Assembly (NCBI GenBank): GCA_020137815.1
Contig: CM035350.1
Span: 3,348,001-3,412,000, forward strand
DNA from: Hormiphora californensis
Taxonomy: Eukaryota > Animalia > Ctenophora
Length of the DNA: 64,000 nucleotides
Direction: 5' to 3'
The notes beneath the pieces were generated by a model, which saw nothing but the letters and a program-made list of their open reading frames with translations, did no database searches and was not told where the DNA came from. Positions 57,701 through 64,000 of the stretch are shown in pieces. Within the stretch, counting starts at the first letter, position 1; each line of letters starts with the position of its first letter. Made by a program: the position numbers and the translations under genes.

Positions 57701-60273
57701 GGGGGAAATCAGCCCGAAGCAGGCTACTGGAATAGAGTTGTTTCCCCTTTTCATAGAATTGGTTTTTTGCACTTACAGCAAAAACGGTTGGAGTAGGAGC
57801 AAAATGTCTCTCAGAAGACCCCCCCAAAATCGGACCTTCTGAATCGATTAAGCTTGGTCGCAGGTCTCTATGATCATCCGTTTTTGAGATACAGGGAATT
57901 TCCCTCTTTTTCAAAAAGACGGGTTTCACAAAACAAGCTCTGTACACCGCATCTTTGGCGGGAAAGTTCCAAAATTTTTGGGCCACATAGATAATCGTTT
58001 TGAGCAACTATTTCCAGATTTTCATCTCTAATGAAGCATGGGAACATTCTCAGCCAGCGTGTCAAAGAAGCAAAAAAGTAAACCGTTCTCATGGCCAGAA
58101 ATACGTTCCATTTCAAAAATCCTTCTTTGGGCTTATTCACCTTTATAATCTCTTCAAATTCCAAGAATTTAATGTTTCTATCTCAAAAAAAGTGGTCCTG
58201 AGGTTAAAAATTCCAACAAAAATTGAAAAAACGCCACTTTGAAAATAGGCTGTAGCAAAAATATGAATTCGAATTTAGGGCTAAAATTGCATATTTGAGG
58301 TCCATTTTGTATGGCCTAAACCCTGGTGAAGTCATTTGGTTGGGCACTCGATAATGAAAAACGCCAGGTGTACCCTTAAGACGTTCTGGTTGGACCTAGA
58401 ACATGAAAACTATTCGTCTACACAATTTGAACGATTATCTTTCGAATGCAACAAACGAGAAGTGTCTATCTTATGTCGTTTTCTCTCAAAAATGATTATA
58501 AATTTGGTAAAAACAGCGTCTATCCATACATAGATAGATAGATACATAGATAGACCCGGGACACTTATATTATTGCTTTTTTCACGATGTCATATCTCTA
58601 AAACTAAAAGAGATAGAGATTTGCCCTTTTAAACTACAGTAGATCTAGACTATGTGACACTGTATACCAAATTTCAGACCGATCGGTGCAGTGGGGGCCT
58701 CCCTATGGGCGTCGCAAAATGCCATTTTTGGCTAAAAACTGAAAAAAGTTATTACTGCACTCTGGCACGCGCGGCTGGGGGGAGGGGATGGTCACCTTTG
58801 CGCTTGCCAGCGCAGTGATCCACTTACATTTGCTACGGACCAGAAGGGTTGTGGTGCGGGGCACTCCTTACAGAAGCACACGAACCCGGAGTTCTCCAGT
58901 AGGCAGGTTCCTGTACCTCTGCAGGTGTCATTCTCATTGGTGCATTCTGGGGCGGGAGGGAGACATTTCAATATGGGTACATCATGGGCCGGGGTAGACA
59001 GGTGGGGGAGCCTGGACGGTAGAGCTGGCACTGTCAGCTCTATTTTATGCAGGCCCAAATTACCCTTTTACCCTGTCACTTGTCAGTGACAGGGTAAAAG
59101 GGCAATTAAGGAGTGCATTAAATCTACAAATAAGGAATGACAGGCATCATTCCAGGGTTCACTTTGTCTAGGTACATGAAGGCAATTCACTCTTGACGCA
59201 ATTACAAATACCCATTTAATTTTAATGGTAAAGTGCTCCCATCTCTACATACCTGTAGTCACAAACACATCTGAAGGAAGAAAGTACGTAGTTAAAGGGA
59301 TCGTGACTAAAGTGGTTAAAGCTTGACAGTTTTAGTAGATATATTTACTATTTAGAAATTTTGAAAGATATATTTACTAAATATTATTTACTAAATATAC
59401 TGGGAAGTTCCCACACTTCTTAATAATATTAATTTAGAAGTGTGGGAACTTTCCAGTATACCACTTTCAATTGTACTGCAAGTGATCTCGACTACCTTGT
59501 AGTTTAGTTGTTTGAAATTCCGGTCTGCTTGTTGAGTAAAGGGTCCACCCCTTACTCAACAACTGCCTGCTGAAGCCCACCCCTGATTTCATTTAAACTC
59601 TGCTGAATGCGGTCAGATTTGTTCGACATCGCCAGTCAGAATCCCTGACTTATACCAATGGTATTACCATCTTATCTGTATCCTCTCTCTATATAATACT
59701 TACCGACCGTTATGGGGGTAAGTAGAGGGAGGAGAGGTCCTCTCTCCCCTCCCTCTACTTACCCCCATAACGGTTGAGAGATCCTCTCTCCCCTCCCTCT
59801 ACTTACCCCCATAACGGTCGAGAGATCCTCTCTCCTCCCTCTACTTACCCCCATAACGGTCGAGAGATCCTCTCTCCCCGCCCTCTACTTACCCCCATAA
59901 CGGTCGAGAGATCCTCTTTCCTCCCTCTACTTACCCCCATAACGGTCGAGAGATCCTCTCTCCCCTCCCTCAACTTACCCCCATTATAACAGTCGAGAGA
60001 TCCTCTCTCCTAGCCCTCTACTTACCCCCATAACGGTCGAGAGATCCTCTCTCCTCCCTCTCCACCGTAACGGTCGAGAGATCCTCTCTCCCCTCCCTCT
60101 ACTTACCCCCATTATAACAGTCGAGAGGTCCTCTATCCCCTCCCAGTTTACTTACCCCCATAACGGTCGAGAGATCCTCTCTCCTCCCTCTCCACCGTAA
60201 CGGTCCTTGAGAAGGACCGTGCCATGGCAGTGGCCAGTGTCAGCGTGAGAAGGAGTGGGGTTGTGGTGGCCAT
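51390..60273 (-). CDS. Secreted SPARC/SMOC-family protein, 305 aa: signal peptide, follistatin/Kazal, thyroglobulin type-1, EF-hand (EC) domain
   Basis: Nine exons with consistent phases (60273-60156, 59270-59253, 58946-58828, 54408-54306, 53002-52923, 52748-52598, 52094-51922, 51799-51684, 51429-51390; 918 nt). Motifs ICGEDGRTYQSLCE (Kazal), GYVPLC..KQC..QCWCV (TY), DINKDKYLDLSE and CDTNQNKKISHEEWCSC (EF hands). Confidence 0.88.
53014..53505 (-). repeat. 31-bp minisatellite (gcacagttctgttagacttagcttctatccc) adjoining the acceptor at 53003
   Basis: About 13 units; on the sense (minus) strand each carries ctaac/ctaa branch-like motifs. Confidence 0.92.
53081..53153. mobile_element. Tiny CTGTCAG..CTGACAG element with a near-perfect 8-bp TSD
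   Basis: atcccaca|ctgtcaggccaatgctctgac ... ctgacag|atcccgca, inserted in the minisatellite. Second copy at 62926-62994. Confidence 0.7.
53700..53794. repeat. Short palindrome
   Basis: aactgctgagtagctaattatgtgaaacagaaa ... tttctgtttcacataattagctactcagcagtt. Confidence 0.8.
54950..56623. mobile_element. TA-flanked non-autonomous DNA transposon (~1.67 kb), superfamily unresolved
   Basis: TA|GGGTAGACCGGGGTAATTTGGACGG ... CCGTCCAAATTACCCCGGTCTACCC|TA; many internal ggggcaat/attgcccc motifs. Confidence 0.8.
57073..58375. mobile_element. Kolobok-like foldback element, subfamily B
   Basis: TTAA-flanked. The paralogous empty site at ~40543 (gacagtttttaaggacgttctgg) has a single TTAA, confirming the duplication. 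Confidence 0.9.
59700..60205 (-). repeat. 42-44-bp minisatellite made of the exon-1 end plus its 5' splice site
   Basis: Sense unit agagggaggagagaggatctctcgaccgttatgggg|gtaagt, about 8 extra copies, ending in an inverted copy at ~59707-59740. Confidence 0.92.
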
Positions 60274-60626
60274 TTTAGCAATGGTAGCTAAACTGCCATG
60301 GCTGCAAACAATGAGAAGTTGAGTTCTAATTTTGGTTGCACCCAACTCTTTCTGGTCAAAATATTTGAAGAGCGCAGTTGCACTGCAGCTGCATACAGTG
60401 TGTAGGCTCCCGGTGCGATCAGGACACGTTTGAGCTATATTGCAAGTGGAAACTAGTCTACTACTGGTCTAGGCAATGGCCAGAACATGTCCGGTTGAAA
60501 AATGGATTTTCAAAAGCGAAGGCAAAATATTTTATGGGTTTGTCAAAGCTCTTGTACGGTTATGCACATAAAATTCTTTAGGCTTTAGCAGGAAGAAAGT
60601 GCAGTCTTATAAACCCTCTCTCCCAC

Positions 60627-60734
<108 letters not shown>

Positions 60735-61581
60735 CACCTAGGTGGTGGTAGGCTGGCTGCGAGTGTGGTACACGCAACTACGTGGTAGGAGCTGTATAAT
60801 GTACTGTTCGACGATGCAGTAACTTGAACACTAGTGAGAATAATGGCTGGGAGCAAAACACACATGCACACGCATGTTACCCAGCTGCAAAACAAATGCG
60901 ATTTAGGAGACAGAGAGATAGCGACTAAGAGAGAGGGAGAGAGGAAGGGGAAAACATATATAGTCGGTACACAAGCCATGACGGACGCACAATTGTGTCC
61001 TCTTTTTTCTCTTTCTCTCCCTTTATCTCCCCATCCCGGATAATAGATGTCACTTTTATTTGTCGCCTAATCCAACCCTAACTAGCTCAGCCAATGAAGG
61101 ATACGGCTATTATCCCCCTACTCGAAAACACCCATCCGGCTCTTGAATTTTCCACACCCTGTTTTAACATACATGCAGTGGATGGGTAAGAAAGGCCCGT
61201 ATTGGGATTAGAGTGTGGCTCCTCAGTGGAACACTGACACATACTGTAAAGTTGGCCCCATCGCGACCTTCCTTTATTACTCAGTCTCCACTTCACGGCT
61301 CATTGAGACCGTAAGCCACGCTGGTACCTCCCCGATCTCCCCGCTTGCTTTCAAAGTCAGTAAATTAGACGTTATTTATGGGGGTTTGTAAACGTAATTT
61401 TGTACTCAAAATCATTATACAATAACAACCACAATTATAAAAACTGAAACAATTACACACTTAGATAATATACAATTTACAGACATACTTACATTAAAAT
61501 GCTCTATTTAGGGGTATTGCGGAATGCCGCCAAATGACCTCAGCCTAACTAAGTAGTCTGTAGCTACATGACTAGCCTAGG

Positions 61582-61649
61582 CTGTATGGCGGCGCCATAC
61601 CCCATTTGATTCTCGACAGTGCGCTCAGATGGGTCGCGGCGCCAGACAG
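61582..61649. mobile_element. Tiny 68-bp CTGT..ACAG element with a perfect 8-bp TSD, inserted in a palindrome
   Basis: agcctagg|ctgtatggcg ... cgccagacag|agcctagg. Confidence 0.72.
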
Positions 61650-61814
61650 AGCCTAGGCTAGTCATGTAGCTACTACGTAATCTGTATAATATGTCTAGCA
61701 TCCCAGACTACAAGTAAAACTCTAGGTAAAACACGTGCCACCGTCGCGTGTGGTATTTAAAAATAGCATTTGATTTCTGACTCGCAGACACATATTGTCA
61801 TTGATGCTGCACAA

Positions 61815-63877
<2,063 letters not shown>

Positions 63878-63883
63878 CTAATA

Positions 63884-64000
63884 GGGAGTTTAGTGTGATG
63901 TTAGAAGGGCCAATACCTGGGGAGTTTAGTGTGATGTTAGAAGGGCCAATACCTGGGGATCAGTTTAGTGTGATGTTAGAAGGGCCAATACCTGGGGAGT
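63884..64000 (-). repeat. 36-39-bp tandem repeat containing a duplicated 3' splice site
   Basis: Sense unit cag|gtattggcccttctaacatcacactaaactccc, at least 3 copies, running off the window edge. Confidence 0.85.

Larger units (their letters stand above)
54596..58823 (+). mobile_element. Second HINE-like copy carrying two nested insertions
   Basis: Removing 54950-56623 and 57073-58375 restores a sequence colinear with 39695-40984. Confidence 0.7.

Overview
Intron-rich animal genomic DNA; the iGluR type, nested genes and short introns suggest a ctenophore, but this is inference. Most of the window (6.2-51.0 kb, +) is the 3' three-quarters of a roughly 60-exon axonemal dynein heavy-chain gene most like the DNAH5/DNAH8 (outer-arm gamma) class. 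In my manual splice model its reading frame runs to a normal C-terminus, yet every catalytic element of the AAA1 ATPase site is replaced: Walker A, Walker B, sensor I, sensor II and the AAA2 arginine finger. It is therefore a candidate motor-dead pseudo-dynein, and it also carries large inserts in the microtubule-binding domain. Its introns host a two-exon class A GPCR (antisense) and, if the missing N-terminus is encoded upstream of the window, an intronless ionotropic glutamate receptor (same strand) and a possible 85-aa orphan gene. Downstream on the minus strand are a complete 9-exon secreted FS-TY-EC (half-SMOC) gene and the 3' end of an ABCG half-transporter. Introns are filled with non-autonomous DNA transposons: five TTAA-flanked Kolobok-like foldbacks, TA-flanked MITEs, Helentron-like, Crypton-like and 60-75 bp elements, some nested. 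Minisatellites repeatedly turn out to be tandem amplifications of splice signals. Exon boundaries were assigned by eye and no searches were run.
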